DNA of 64,000 nucleotides from positions 13,982,974-14,046,973 of the forward strand of contig MU054187.1 of the NCBI GenBank assembly GCA_013239625.1. The letters are read 5' to 3'. Origin of the DNA: Lama guanicoe. Its lineage: Eukaryota. Within the stretch, counting starts at the first letter, position 1, and each line of letters opens with the position of its first letter. Positions 38,710 to 51,379 of the stretch are shown one piece after another. The translations under genes and the position numbers were made by a program. A model generated the notes under the pieces. The model searched no databases. It saw nothing but the letters and a program-made list of their open reading frames with translations, and was not told the origin of the DNA.

Positions 38710-39440
38710 CATGAATACTACTGATTAAATTTTATTTATTAAGCACCAAAGCGTAAGCATTGTGTTTGGAGCGCTAAAGAAAACAGATCTCAATCCGATC
38801 TGTCCTGACCCTTTAGAAGTTGTAATACAGCAGGACAGATGAAACAAATGACAAATCTCTGAGACAGTAGGGAGAAGCCACTGGGAAAGTGAAACAGAAA
38901 AGGACAACAAAGACATTCTCTACTCCTTGAATCCACACTTCCCCCACATCCATTTCATCCCTAGAAAGAACATGGGCAAGACAAGAGGTAATAGAATTAG
39001 GAGGTTAGTGCAATTGTTTAAAAATGAAAAGTTGAGGGACTGAATTAACAGGGCAGGGGGTGGAGGAGGGACAAGGGAAGAAGAGACGGATTGAGGGGAG
39101 AAAAGGTCTTAAAGGATGAATGAATAGAATTTAAGGACTTAGATGTGGAGCTTAAGGGAAGAGAGTTATACATAAGCATAGATCCAGACACTGAATATTA
39201 GAACTGGGGGAACAAAACTTTAATTCCCAGGTTAGAACAATGAAGTAAAGGCAACACTAGTAGAAACAGAAGAATCAAGAGGGATTTGCTGCAGGAAAGT
39301 GGGACAGAGGGCAACATTCTGAGTTTCTTCTTCCAACTGTCTGTAAGCCGAAAGAGACCAATGGATGTGTAGGTGGAAACATCCCCTAGGGAAGTTGGAA
39401 ACTGGTCTCATGAAACTATTTCTGAATCAGGAGATCGATG
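38710..39440 (-). mobile_element. L2 fragments
   Basis: atttattaagcacc...aagcattgtgtttggagcgctaaaga; gactgaattaacagggcagg...gagacggattgag. Confidence 0.55.
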
Positions 39441-42117
39441 AAGCGAATCCATGAGATTTTATGAACCCCTCCAAAACCTCATGCAAAGAAATTATATTAA
39501 TTTGTTTAATATTAGGGGTTAATTTGAAATTACCCTTATTCCCATGTGCTTTTGTGGAAGGTTAGTTTAATATGAAAGAGTATGGGTTATGAAAGAAGTT
39601 TCTAGACATGAGGAGCAGTAAATCATTAAGTTAAGAAGGAAAATATTTCCCTGTGTGACTTTTTTGATGAATACTAAATTTGAGAAGTGATTTAACTGTT
39701 TAGAGAGTGAATAAATCAAAATGAAATACAACCTCCTATGGCTAAGAGAAACCAAGAATCAAAAGCTTGAATTTAGTAAAAAAAAAAAAAAAAAGCTGAA
39801 TTCAGCACCAAATATGCTTTCAGTGGAATGAAAGTGAATACTATAATCAGTTGGCTAAAAGCAGTCATTAATATATGAGATATCACCCTTATTATAATGT
39901 TCACATAAAAAAGAAAGCCAAAAAACAGACAATATAAATGAAAGGGAATTTATTTATGCTCTCCTTAAATAAGCATACGGTCATTTTATTGAAAATAAAG
40001 AATAAATTCCAAAGTTAAAAGCCCTGAGACTTAGTCGATAAATCAACTCTAAAATGTTCTTAATTGGCAACTATATACCGCATGAATAAAGCCAAGTATT
40101 TGGGTTTTATTTCAAGCAGAATTTTTATTCTGCCAATGGAGGTGAGATTAAGAGAGGAAAAAAAATACTGTGTATTTAAGTGGTAAATTTTTTAAAGAAT
40201 GATGGTTCCTTGTACCAAAACATATTACTTCAGTAATCAGCCTTATGATTCGGCATAGTAGGTGGATGTTTTGTAGTAAAATTCAGAAGGTTCTGCAAAT
40301 CAAAAAAATCTCCATTGCCTGTGATTCTGCTGATGAGGATGTATTCATCTGGGTCAAGATATAATCTAGCTGTCATAGTAGTATCCGGTTGGTAGAGCAG
40401 GAGTCAGAGGTCAAGATGCAGTGGAGCTGCTCAGAGCTGCCCAACATAGCATGCGCTGCTGCTGCCCCTTCCTTCCACCCTCCACGGAAACATCTGTCCA
40501 GCAGCCCTGACCTCTGACTCCTGTTTAGTGTCTCCCAGGCTGGCCTGGATGCCAATATGCAATTGAGCCATTATGTTCTTATTTTCAACCTACTTAGTCA
40601 TGGTTTTGCAACAGAGCAAATTAGTTCTTTTTAGCCTATTTCTGTTGTGAATTTTCCTGTTCTTTGTGTATCTGCCAAATACGTGGTAACTGACAATCTC
40701 CGAACCATGTCATTAAGATGAAAACTTCAAAGCAAAAAAGTCCAAGCAGCATGAAAGTTGTGTCTTTTGCAACAGTGCTAGGTCATCATCTGCCTGTGCT
40801 TTTTTCTCTCATCTCTCAGATGTTCAGATCTGCTATTTATGCAGTGAGAAGATAGGGCTGTGGGAATGACACTGTGGGGTTTTTTGTATTATTATCATTA
40901 TGTCAACTCTTATATTTACATAGAAAGCTTAGAATGTGTTTTCCTCAGCTTAATTTCTTAGGAAATAAGATTTAACGACTCTAAGGGCCATGGACAGCAT
41001 TTGTTGGATTTGTATTTGCAGAAATAAAAATTTGTCAAGAATGACACGCATATTCAGTGGGCATTCTTGGGGTTGAAACCTGGACAAAAATCCTAGAAAA
41101 TGCTTTTTAGGGAATTCTAAGCCGATTTGTAAATAATATGACAAAATGAATTTTGTATATTTTATCATGTTTATCTAAATGATCCAAAACCACAAAATAG
41201 TACTCTGATATTATGAGAAAACGTGATTCAGTCTCTCCTGGCACCCAAACCTTTCAGCCTCCTAGAGGCCATTTAATGTAGTACAGCTGACCAATGACAG
41301 CCAGGGTTCACTGGATTGCAGTTTGATGTACTATCTTAATATAATATGTTTAGTCATGCCCTCTGCCTGTCCTGAGAGGTCAAAGTTTAGTTTCTTGGCA
41401 CATACAAAACTGGACTGGCCCTTAGGAAGCCTAGAAGCCTAAAAGACAGAGCTGTGCTCAGTAACCAACTCTGCAAACAACAGCTGGGGCCACAAATAAA
41501 ATAGCCTTTTATTTGCGAGTAAACAATGTGGAAAGAGCTTTTGCTCACACAAAAGTCTTTCCCACCAGATTCTCAAACACAGCTAGCAATATTTATCATC
41601 GTCTCCAAAAGAAAGGTACAACTGTTTATGTACATAAATGCATGTGTCTGTATGTGTGCATATGTCCTGCCGTAGAATGAAGGTACTTCTATGAAATTCT
41701 ATGAAAAGTGTTCACCTCTTCACATATTTATGCATCTTCAGCACCACGAGGAAGGACAGTTCCACCTGATTTGTAGGGATTTCCCCCACCCCAGAGCACT
41801 GTCCACTAAGTCATCTTCTTTCAGGAGGGGCCACCTAAGGCATATCCAGAAAATCCCAAGGCTCCAGAAACCCCATTTGGAAAACCAAAGAAGGAAGCAA
41901 TTCTTACTATGGAGATCAAGAAAGTTTTTTTTTTTTTTAAGAGGATGTAGCTTTTAAACTGAGCCTGATTCAAAATAGTTGTCTACCACACAGAACATAG
42001 ACTGTGAATAGATGCCATTAGAAGGAAAGGGATGTCTGGTGGCCTTTAGACTTGACCTTCCACCTCTCCTTGCAACTGGTGAATATTTTATAGGCTACAA
42101 AAAATAAGGCATGGCCA

Positions 42118-42909
42118 ATCATTCAAAAATCCACAAATGACAAATGGCTGTGGAGAAAGGGGAACCCTCCTACACTGCTGGTGGGAATGCAGTTTGCTGC
42201 AGCCACTGTGGAAAACAGTATGGAGATTCCTCAAAAGACTAGGAATAGACTTAACATATGACCCAGGAATCCCACTCCTGGGCATATATCCAGAAGGAAC
42301 CCTACTTCAGGANNNNNNNNNNNNNNNNNNNNNNNNNNNNNNNNNNNNNNNNNNNNNNNNNNNNNNNNNNNNNNNNNNNNNNNNNNNNNNNNNNNNNNNN
42401 NNNNNNNNNNNNNNNNNNNNNNNNNNNNNNNNNNNNNNNNNNNNNNNNNNNNNNNNNNNNNNNNNNNNNNNNNNNNNNNNNNNNNNNNNNNNNNNNNNNN
42501 NCATTCTAAGTGAAGTAATCCAGAAAGAGAAAGAAAAATACCATATGAGATCACTCATATGTGGAATCTAAAAACAAACAAACAAACAAAGCATAAATAC
42601 AAAACAGAAACAGACTCATAGACATAGAATACAAACTTGTGGTTGCCAAGGGGGCAGAGGGTGGGAAGGGATAGACTGGGATTTCGAAATTGTAGAATAG
42701 GTAAACAAGATTATACTGTATAGCACAGGGAAATATATACAAGATCTTACGGTAGTTCACAGAGAAAATAATGTGACAATGAATATATATATGTGTGTAT
42801 ATATATATATATATATGTTCATGTATAACTGAAAAATTGTGCTCTACACTGGAATTTGACACAACATTGTAAAATGATTATAAATCAATAAAAAATGTTT
42901 AAAAAAATA
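42118..42909 (+). mobile_element. Young 5'-truncated LINE-1 (ORF2 C-terminus, 3' UTR and A tail)
   Basis: Translates to an L1 ORF2 C-terminus ([14 protein letters not shown]...[11 protein letters not shown]...[12 protein letters not shown]...ILSEV). 17-bp TSD aaaataag(g/t)catggcca at 42101-42117 and 42910-42926. Confidence 0.95.
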
Positions 42910-44865
42910 AAAATAAGTCATGGCCAGAAGCAGTGACAGGGTGGCCATGTATAAGTCAACAACTGACAAACTTCTACTTAAATGTAAGAAATTCAGACAT
43001 GAGAATGTTTAGGCTATATATAAAACTTATCTGAACATTTGTCATAATATAGTTAGTGTGTTTTTATATTTAGACTAAATATCTCAGTGGCTGAATTTTG
43101 CCTTGCTAACCCAGAATCACTGTAGACCTAAGCCTTCATCTGTGAAAACTATTTCTGGAACATATACAATAATATTAGCCATCATTAAATAAGTACCTAC
43201 TAAGTGCTTTATATATTTAAGCTCTAACCCTTTATATATTTAAGCTCAACGCTTATTTATAAAATAAGAGTTTTTATAAACTCTTATCTGAAGAGTAGTT
43301 GCCTCATAGCTCAGTGACAGAATTGGGATTTGAGTCCAAAATGTGACCCATTAGCTAAGGTTGTAGTTTAAAATTATGGAATCAGTTATTTTAATATTAT
43401 TATCAACTGTTTAAGTCACATATAACTTTCATATGATAAATAAACATTCACCTAATCAAAAATAGGGTCTTTAATCTTATTTTGAGACAAATCACTTAAT
43501 TGAAAAATCCACATGATACTTAGAAACCAGTATCAATCAATGATCTATCAGTAACCTTAAATTCTATTAAATTTTTAATTATTTAATTAAGGGGTTAATA
43601 AAGAGTATCCTAAACTGACAGTAATGATCAGGCACAATTTATTATATGTCATGTCCTTGTAACAAAGATTTATAACCTTATAAACTTTATAACAAAGACT
43701 TGCTGAATAGATTTGCTGCTGATCAGTTGACAGTTGATCACCCCAACATACATCCTGGGAGATACCATGAAGTAAACTACTTGAATCCATTCAAAATCGG
43801 AATGTGCAAAAAGTAATAACTAAGAGATCAGAAATCTGTATGTCAGAACTAAGAAAGGCTCTGTATGACCATAACACAGAGCTATACACAGGGACATAAG
43901 TTGGCCAAGTCTTGTTAAAAGACTAAGAGTTCTGTCCTTTTTTGGGACATGTAAAAGGTAACCTGCCTTCTCTCTCCCATTGATAGAAATTATCCAAAGC
44001 TCAGCTTAGGAAACACTAGATCATGTTATCTTTATACAGATCATCAAAGTAAAATAATAATTAAAATTTAATAATAACTATTATTCTTGCTATTATTATT
44101 TGGGGGTAGGAATTATGGCCCAGTACACACACATAGACAGACACACATCCCAACAAACATTTTACAAAACACTGCTTACCCTCCTGATATTGGCAATCCT
44201 ATCCTCGTTGATTTCTGACCTATAAAGGGGTTGGGACTCACAGTGTGAAAGAGCTGTGCTAAAGAGCTGTTCGTAAGTAGCTGCCACCATGGTCTGGGGG
44301 GACCTGCTTACTAGGGGCTTGAATGACAGCGAGACCAGGATACACAGTACCCTTCCTGGTGGTTTTTATGTAAAAATATTGGTCTATCTAGACAATAGCA
44401 TGAGAATTTCCTAGCACTTTTTAACTTATAAACCACCACTAGGGGAAGTGTTTAAAATCGGGTTTTTTGTTGTTGTTCCACCTTCACGTACAGGTATAGG
44501 TCCAATTCTCTCATCTCCTTTATGGCAAATTTCTTTGAAAACTAATCGCAAATGCTGTCTTGTTTTTATGCATTAAGTTTTAATCACAGCATCTGAAACG
44601 TTTTTTGAGAGGGTTGCTTTTTCTCTATATTATCATAGTCCAGATAGTGCAGACGCTGATGATCACATAAGGTAAGTGTCTTAGTATATAACGACATGAC
44701 TCCTACAGAAACTACCAAAAAAATTTTTGTTTTGTATTTTGCTAGAATTGAGGCGTGAAATACTGGAGCAGGGACATGTGCAATGTGTATATCACATAAA
44801 AGAAAAGTATAAATTAGTGCTAAGGGCAGTGTGGCTAGTGATTGTATAATCCCCATCATCCTTTT

Positions 44866-45561
44866 TTTTAACATTTTTTATTGATTTATAATTGTTTTAC
44901 AATGTTGTATCAAATTCCAGTGTAGAGCACAATTTTTCAGTTATACATGAACGTATATATATTCATTGTCACATTTTTTTCTCTGTGGGCTACCATAAGA
45001 TCTTGTATATATTTCCCTGTGCTATACATTATAATCTTGCTTATCTATTCTACAATTTCAAAATCCCAGTCTATCCCTTCCCACCCTCCGTCCTCTTGGC
45101 AACCACAAGTTTGTATTCTATGTCTATGAGTCTATTTCTGTTTTGTATTTATGCTTTGTGGGTTTTTTTTTTTAGATTCCACATATGAGTGATCTCATAT
45201 GGTATTTTTCTTTCTCTTTCTGGATTACTTCACTTAGAATGACATTCTCCAGGAGCATCCATGTTGCTGCAAATANNNNNNNNNNNNNNNNNNNNNNNNN
45301 NNNNNNNNNNNNNNNNNNNNNNNNNNNNNNNNNNNNNNNNNNNNNNNNNNNNNNNNNNNNNNNNNNNNNNNNNNNNNNNNNNNNNNNNNNNNNNNNNNNN
45401 NNNNNNNNNNNNNNNNNNNNNNNNNNNNNNTCCTGAAGTAGGGTTCCTTCTGGATATATGCCCAGGAGCAGGATTCCTGGGTCATATGTTAAGTCTATTC
45501 CTAGTCTTTTGAGGAATCTCCATACTGTTTTCCACAGTGGCTGCACCAAACTGCATTCCCA
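44866..45561 (-). mobile_element. Young 5'-truncated LINE-1, same subfamily as 42118-42909
   Basis: ORF2 C-terminal peptide [19 protein letters not shown]...FAATWM. 14-bp TSD cccatcat(c/t)ctttt at 44852-44865 and 45562-45575. Confidence 0.95.
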
Positions 45562-45575
45562 CCCATCATTCTTTT

Positions 45576-45665
45576 ATAATGTAAGTTTCAGGTGTACAGC
45601 AGTATAATTCAACATCTATATACACCAGAAAGTGATCACCAGTGCAATTCTAGTTTCCATCCATC
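45576..45665 (-). mobile_element. Short older L1 3' end fragment adjoining the young L1
   Basis: gtaagtttcaggtgtacagcagtataattcaacatctatatacacc...gtttccatccatc. Confidence 0.65.
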
Positions 45666-46084
45666 TAAAACTGGGTTAATTTCCCAACGTCAGAGAAATT
45701 TCTTATTATTCACTTGACCACTTTAATACATTATTCTGTATTGTTTCCTTATTTTTCTCCTACATCCCACTGGTGTAAGTGACTTTTACAGCTTCCAGAC
45801 TCACATGTTCTAACTTGCACTGGGCTGCTATTTAGAATGCAGGTGTTAATTACCTACTTAACAAACCATAGTTATTTACTTCCAACAGTAAATACAACTT
45901 AGTTTCTCCCAATTAAGATCTGTTTTTCCTGCTGACTAAGGTTCCAAACCTCTGTGACTTCCCTCTCCTTTGCAAATAACATGAAGTTCACTTTTGAAGG
46001 GAATATATGTAATGGCTCTTTGAGTTTTCTCAACTCTGCCTCTCATTAAAGACTGGGCCCTTTCACTGAATAATGCAACCGGAC

Positions 46085-46528
46085 TGTATTAATTTCTTAG
46101 GGCTTCTGTGACAAAATGCCACAAACTGGGTGGCTTAAAACAACAAAAGTTTATTTTCTCAGTGTTCTGGAGGATGTAAGTCTGAAATCAAGGTGTCTGA
46201 AGGCTCTAGAGAAGAATCCTTCCTTACCTCTTCCTGGCTTCTGATGGTTGCTGTCAATCCTTCCTTGGAATCTGTTGCCTTATATGTGTTGCCACTCCAA
46301 TCTCTGCTTCCACTGTCACATGGCCATCTTCTCTCTGTGTGTCTCTAAGTCTCTCTGNNNNNNNNNNNNNNNNNNNNNNNNNNNNNNNNNNNNNNNNNNN
46401 NNNNNNNNNNNNNNNNNNNNNNNNNNNNNNNNNNNNNNNNNNNNNNNNNNNNNNNNNNNNNNNNNNNNNNNNNNNNNNNNNNNNNNNNNNNNNNGGGGGT
46501 GGGGGGGAGACACTATTCAAACCAGTAT
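46085..46528 (-). mobile_element. MaLR solo LTR (MLT1B/C-like), partly N-masked
   Basis: tgtattaatttcttagggcttctgtgacaaaatgccacaaactgggtggcttaaaacaacaaaagtttatt...ggggagacactattcaaacc. Confidence 0.85.
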
Positions 46529-47273
46529 GCTGACTTTCCAAAAGAACTAGACATTTATCTCTAGCAAACTTACCAGTCAGCTGCAGCCAGAGAAATGGGC
46601 TAAATGGCAATTTCATAGGAAAGAATGTGCTAACTTCAAACAGGAAATTGTAAGAAGAAAGTTCTTGTACTGCCAAGATTTTATACTAGTTAATAATTTT
46701 GCCCCAAACTCTATAGTCCATGTTTTCTTTTTTTAAATGTTCTTGGATCATAAAAATACTGGCATTTCTATAGAACTTTGTAACTTCCAAAACATTTTCA
46801 CATGCATTAGGTAATTTCATCATCACTACGACATAGTCGTGTAAATGAACTTGTCATGATTAGCCCCAGTTCATGCATGAAGAAATTGAAGCTCCCTATC
46901 TTGACACAGGTCATGCAGTTAATTTCGCAGTGCGGACCCAGGAGGAAGGTCAAGTTGTCTGACTTCTCATCCAGCATTCCTTCTGCTGCCAAGTTGAACT
47001 GTATTATGTGTGTTTGAAGCAATGACTGTCAACTGCAGGCTGGGAGCAGAGGTCTGGGCAGGATCGGAGACCACTTCAGCATCATTCGTGAGACTTTTTT
47101 CTGGCTGACTACCTCCACCCACTCCAGACCCTCTGAACAGTTTTGAAAATCCCCACAAGGCCTAACAACCCACCCCTGCCTCCAAAACTGAGATCCACTG
47201 GTTAAAAAAATCTATGGAAGGGCCTCCTTCACTGATTTTTTAAATTTAATTGTGTGGATTTGTGTCTGAGGTC

Positions 47274-47432
47274 CGGACTTCTCAAACTTTAAAGTGAGTA
47301 TGAACCACTTGGGAATCTTGTGAAAATAGATTTTGACTCAGTGGGCTCTTTGGATGGAGCCTGAGATTGTGCATTTCCAGTAAGCTCCAAGCGATGCTGC
47401 AGGTTCAAGGACCACGTTTTGATTGACAAGAC
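47274..47432. mobile_element. MER5A1-like MITE
   Basis: cttctcaaacttt...cacttgggaatcttgtgaaaatagattttgactcagtgg...gcctgagattgtgcatttcc...ggaccacgttttga. Confidence 0.8.
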
Positions 47433-48641
47433 CTTAGATAGTCTTCATATGGAACTCAAGGACTCTGTACAGATAACAGAATGAGTCTATGTGATTGTAG
47501 AAAATGCTCACACCAAACAGCCATAAAAAGCAAGACCCCTCTGCCCAGTGAACACCTCCTCAAGACCTAGAAGTACAGAAATGCTTGAACCCATTCAAAT
47601 CATGGGTCTCTGATGGTTGCTGGCAAAACAAGCCAAACAGGAGTCCATTAGAAGACGTTGTTTGTGATGCTTGGCTTCATGCCATGAAGAACACCTGTCA
47701 TCCATGCAACTGGAGCATCAGTGAGCTGCGGCTGCCCACTGGCCCTGGGACAACATGGCAGCCTGCCCCTAGGAGCAGATGCAAGGTGAACCATGCAACT
47801 TTCTGCAGTCACGGCTGAATTTGGCTCCCATCTAACTTTTCCCTTGGCAGAGCTGCTTCGTTTCAGTGTGACCCTCATTTGTCTTCTGTTTTCTGGCATT
47901 CTATAACGTAGTCTTAATGATGTTGACCCCAAAAGTACTTTTTAGAAGAGGTTTACTGCAGAGATTCATTAAAGGGAAAAACAATGATTGCATTAAGGCT
48001 TTTGTTGTTTTCTTTCTTTGAAACCGCTGGGACACGGTCTTTAGATATGGGGATAATGGTGGAAATAAATCCTTGCAGCTCCCTGTTAATGGTGATTGAT
48101 GAGCTGATGAGGCCGACTAGGTGTCTAAGGAACAAAGCCAGTTTTTAATGGCACTTTAATTCTGGAAATGCAGAAGACTTCCTTGCAGAAATTGGAAGTT
48201 AGAGTGGATGAGAAATAATTCAACAAATGAGTGTGCGTTCAGGGACCAGCTAGCATAAATGGGTTCTTAAACTAGTCTTTTCCCTGTGTGATTTCGGAGC
48301 GTACACTTTAGGTTAAATTTTACAAAAGAAAAATTGTTCTGGCAAATAATATAATGTGTGTCTCTTAAGGTTTTCATGGGCCAATAGACTGTTGTTTAAC
48401 TCTAAGAAAAAGATTTCTCTGTTTCTACTTCAAAACCTGAAGTTCTTATTAGAATTTTTTAATGTGAGGAAATATTTTCAAAGACAGATGATGATTTAAG
48501 TCAAAGGTCACTTGAGGTTTCTACCTGTGTAAGATAATAATGGAGATCTGTCAGGGCTACTGAATCTTCCTGGTAAACTCAATCATAAACATGGCAGAGT
48601 CTCCTTCCCCACAGCAAGGAAGGCTGAGATTCCACCTTGTA

Positions 48642-48793
48642 CAGTGGCCCCTCGGCATCTGTAGGGGATGGGTCCAGGATGCCCGCGGGTACCAAAATCT
48701 ACAGGTGCTTAAGATGGGTATGTAAAGTAGTGTAGGACACCACCCCAACCCCGCTCCAGGGATGCAGAACCTGCGGATACGGAGGGTCGACTG
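48642..48793. mobile_element. Tigger/MER2-type MITE (Tc1-mariner)
   Basis: TIRs cagtggcccctcggcatctg / cggatacggagggtcgactg flanked by TA at 48640-48641 and 48794-48795. Confidence 0.85.
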
Positions 48794-48971
48794 TAAGTGT
48801 TTTTATAACCTATTCCCTTCCTGCCCTGTCCTGCCTCCACTGCAGTGGAGACTTCTCTTCTTGTCTTCATTCGCACCCCTACTCCATCCAGTCAGTCCCA
48901 CACATCCCAGTTTGTGCTCTCTCTAAATGCACATCTGATGGTGCCATTCCCTAGCCTAAAATGTCCATGGC

Positions 48972-49376
48972 TCTTACTCCTCAAGCTTTAGTGAGCGTGG
49001 GGATCATGTAGGGGGCTTGTTGAAACACAGATTGAGGGAGGGTACAGCTCAAGTGGTAGAACGCTTGCTTAGCATGCATGAGGTCCTGGGTTCAATCCCC
49101 AGTACCTCCTCTAAAAATAAATAAACAAACCTAATTACCTGCCCCTGCCCCCGACCAAAAAAAAGAAAGGAAAAGAAAGAAAGAAAGAACAAATGAAATA
49201 AAGACATTTAAAAAGAGAGAGAGGGAAATCTTAAAAAAAAAATTTAAAAAAAACTACAGATTGCTGGGGGTCTGATAATAGGTATGGAGTAAGGGCTAGA
49301 AAATTTGCATTTCTCACAAGTTACCACGTAATGCTGATGCTACTGGTCCGGAGACCATACTGTGATGAAAACTGGT
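48972..49376. mobile_element. MER5A-like MITE split by a SINE
   Basis: ctcaagctttagtgagcg...gggcttgttgaaacacagattg | ctgggg...aatttgcatttctcacaagtt...gctgatgctactggtccggagaccatac. Confidence 0.8.
49035..49255 (+). mobile_element. tRNA-derived SINE (Vic-1-like) nested in a MER5A-type element
   Basis: Head GGGAGGGTACAGCTCAAGTGGTAGAACGC...GGGTTCAATCCCCAGTACC with a long A-rich tail. TSD acagattg at 49027-49034 and 49256-49263. Confidence 0.9.
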
Positions 49377-51234
49377 CTTCAGAAGGAAGGCCACCAAAGT
49401 CGCCATCAATGCATCCAGCACCCTTCAGAATTTGTCCGTTGTATAACTTCCCAGAAGCACCCCACCCCACCCCCCAAGCCCTGTGCCTCCACCCACATCC
49501 AGTCACATCGGACTACTCAGTCCCCAGAAACCAGGGCTCTTGCAAGCTTGTGAAAGTTGTGCGCTGTCCAAATGACAGAGGCATCATTCACATGCTAACC
49601 TCTTTACTGGTACCCTCTGCAGCTGACCTACACCTTTACGTGCAGCATCACCACCGACTCCTCTGGATGCCCTCAGTCATACCAAATTGCCTGGAACTTT
49701 CTGAGCAAACCACGTGTTCTGGGCTTTGAAGCTTCACCTTTCCTGTCCTTTTAGCCTGTCCTGCCCTTTAACCCCTTTTCTGCATGGAAACTTCTACCCA
49801 TCCTTTACGGCCTCCCTCTCAGAAAGATTGATGATTAGAATTGACCTTACAGCAAAGGAAACATTTTTCCAAAAGTAAAAGAAAGGATGTTATAGAATCT
49901 GAAGAGACCTGTACATACCCTGGTGTTCAAAATCCTGTGTGTTCAAAATCTGTTTTTTCTCCCTCAGGTTTTCAGGAATTATCTTTTTAAAGAACTAGAA
50001 GATGGATAACAAAGAGAAAAGGGAGGGAATTTTCTTTTTGTTTTCTTATTTTGTTTTAGGTCTTCACACATGCAAGATGTTTATTGTACAGACATGGTAT
50101 TTTAACACATTATACTGGTAAATAAATGTTAAATGGATATGCAACATTCTTAAGTTTACGGTTTTATGAATTTTTATGACTTTTCTTTGATGTCTTACTT
50201 TAGGTTTCATGGAACAGTGACGTGTGTGTGTGTGTGTATTTTTTAGTAGATAACCTACATTATTAATTTTTCTCAGTGGCTTAACATTTTATTGCAGAAA
50301 TCTGAATCCACCCAGATCTATACATGGAATTACCACTTTATTCACTGGCTGGATTAACTGCAGACTCCAAGTCATACTCAGGGGAAAAAAAATGTGATAT
50401 AGAATGAATGCAGCATTTTTCTTTAAGAAAAACGTATCCTGTGAAGGTAAAGCCCAAAGCTAATATATAGTCAAAAGCAGGCTTCTCAGAGAATCAGGTT
50501 AAAAAAAAAAAAGCAGTCTGCTCAGCAAAATGAAAAAAAGAAAAAGGAAGGATTAATAAAAAGTACAGAGCTTCACCCAGGGAAAGATATGTTGCTGAAC
50601 TTGTAAAGCTGGTCTGTTATCACAAAATGGACTATTTGTCCCAGGAATTTCTATTGTGAAAGGGAAGTCTATTGCTGGTTAAAGCGTTTAGGCTGACTTT
50701 GGGCCATGTGGAAGCAAGAGAAAATGACTAAGAACATGTCTTATTCTTCTCTGGTGATTAGGAAATGTGTGGTTTCTTCAAGGTCTCTTCTCCTTTCCTC
50801 CTGTTCTATGCGCTTCTCCCTTCTCTTCTGGTGATTCATTTATTCAGAATAGATTTGTGAGGTGTCTGCTCTGTGTGAGGCACTGTAAGAAAGTCTGTAG
50901 AAGAGGGGTAGTCATTCCCTTCCGTGATTCTAAAATTCCATTCAAGAAACAAAACTATCTTCTGGGAAATTGTCAGGTGATTCATTGCAAGGTTGTATGG
51001 GTGTAGCAGATCAATACTCCAGCAAACTTAAGCTAAAAAAGGGGGGAAGAGGAGAGACACCTTATTGGAAGGTCCAGGTCCAACGCAGAAAATAAGGAGC
51101 TTTGTCGCTCCTCCTTCCCAGCAACTCCTAATCTCCAAGTCTCTCAGTTCAAACTTCAGATTTGCAGGAGGAAGAGAATCTGACTGGGCCAGCCTGGAGC
51201 AAGGATTGTCCCCTGAATCAGCATTCCAAGGAGG

Positions 51235-51379
51235 TAAGGTTGCCAGATCAAATACAGAATGCCTAGTGAATTTCATATAAATGACAATACATTTTTAGGC
51301 TAGAAATGCCCCATCCAAAAACTTGATTCAAGGATAACTGGGCATCCTGTATCTTTATTTCCTAAATCTGGCAATCCTG
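51235..51379. mobile_element. MER53-like hAT MITE
   Basis: TIRs taaggttgccagat...atctggcaatcctg with internal arms aaatacagaatgcctagt / aactgggcatcctgtat. Perfect 8-bp TSD caaggagg at 51227-51234 and 51380-51387. Confidence 0.88.

Noticed and set aside
39800-41001. Further RE1-like matches (ttcagcacca near 39801; ccatggacagc near 40988)
   Set aside because: Isolated half-sites only, within chance expectation.
42137-42571. 144-aa ORF (and its 125-aa counterpart at 45172-45549) as protein-coding genes
   Set aside because: Both are C-terminal fragments of L1 ORF2 in 5'-truncated elements and are partly made of N.
42101-45575. Inverted L1 pair interpreted as TIRs of a composite transposon or a twin-primed single insertion
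   Set aside because: Each copy has its own poly(A) and a different TSD, and no outer TSD is shared.
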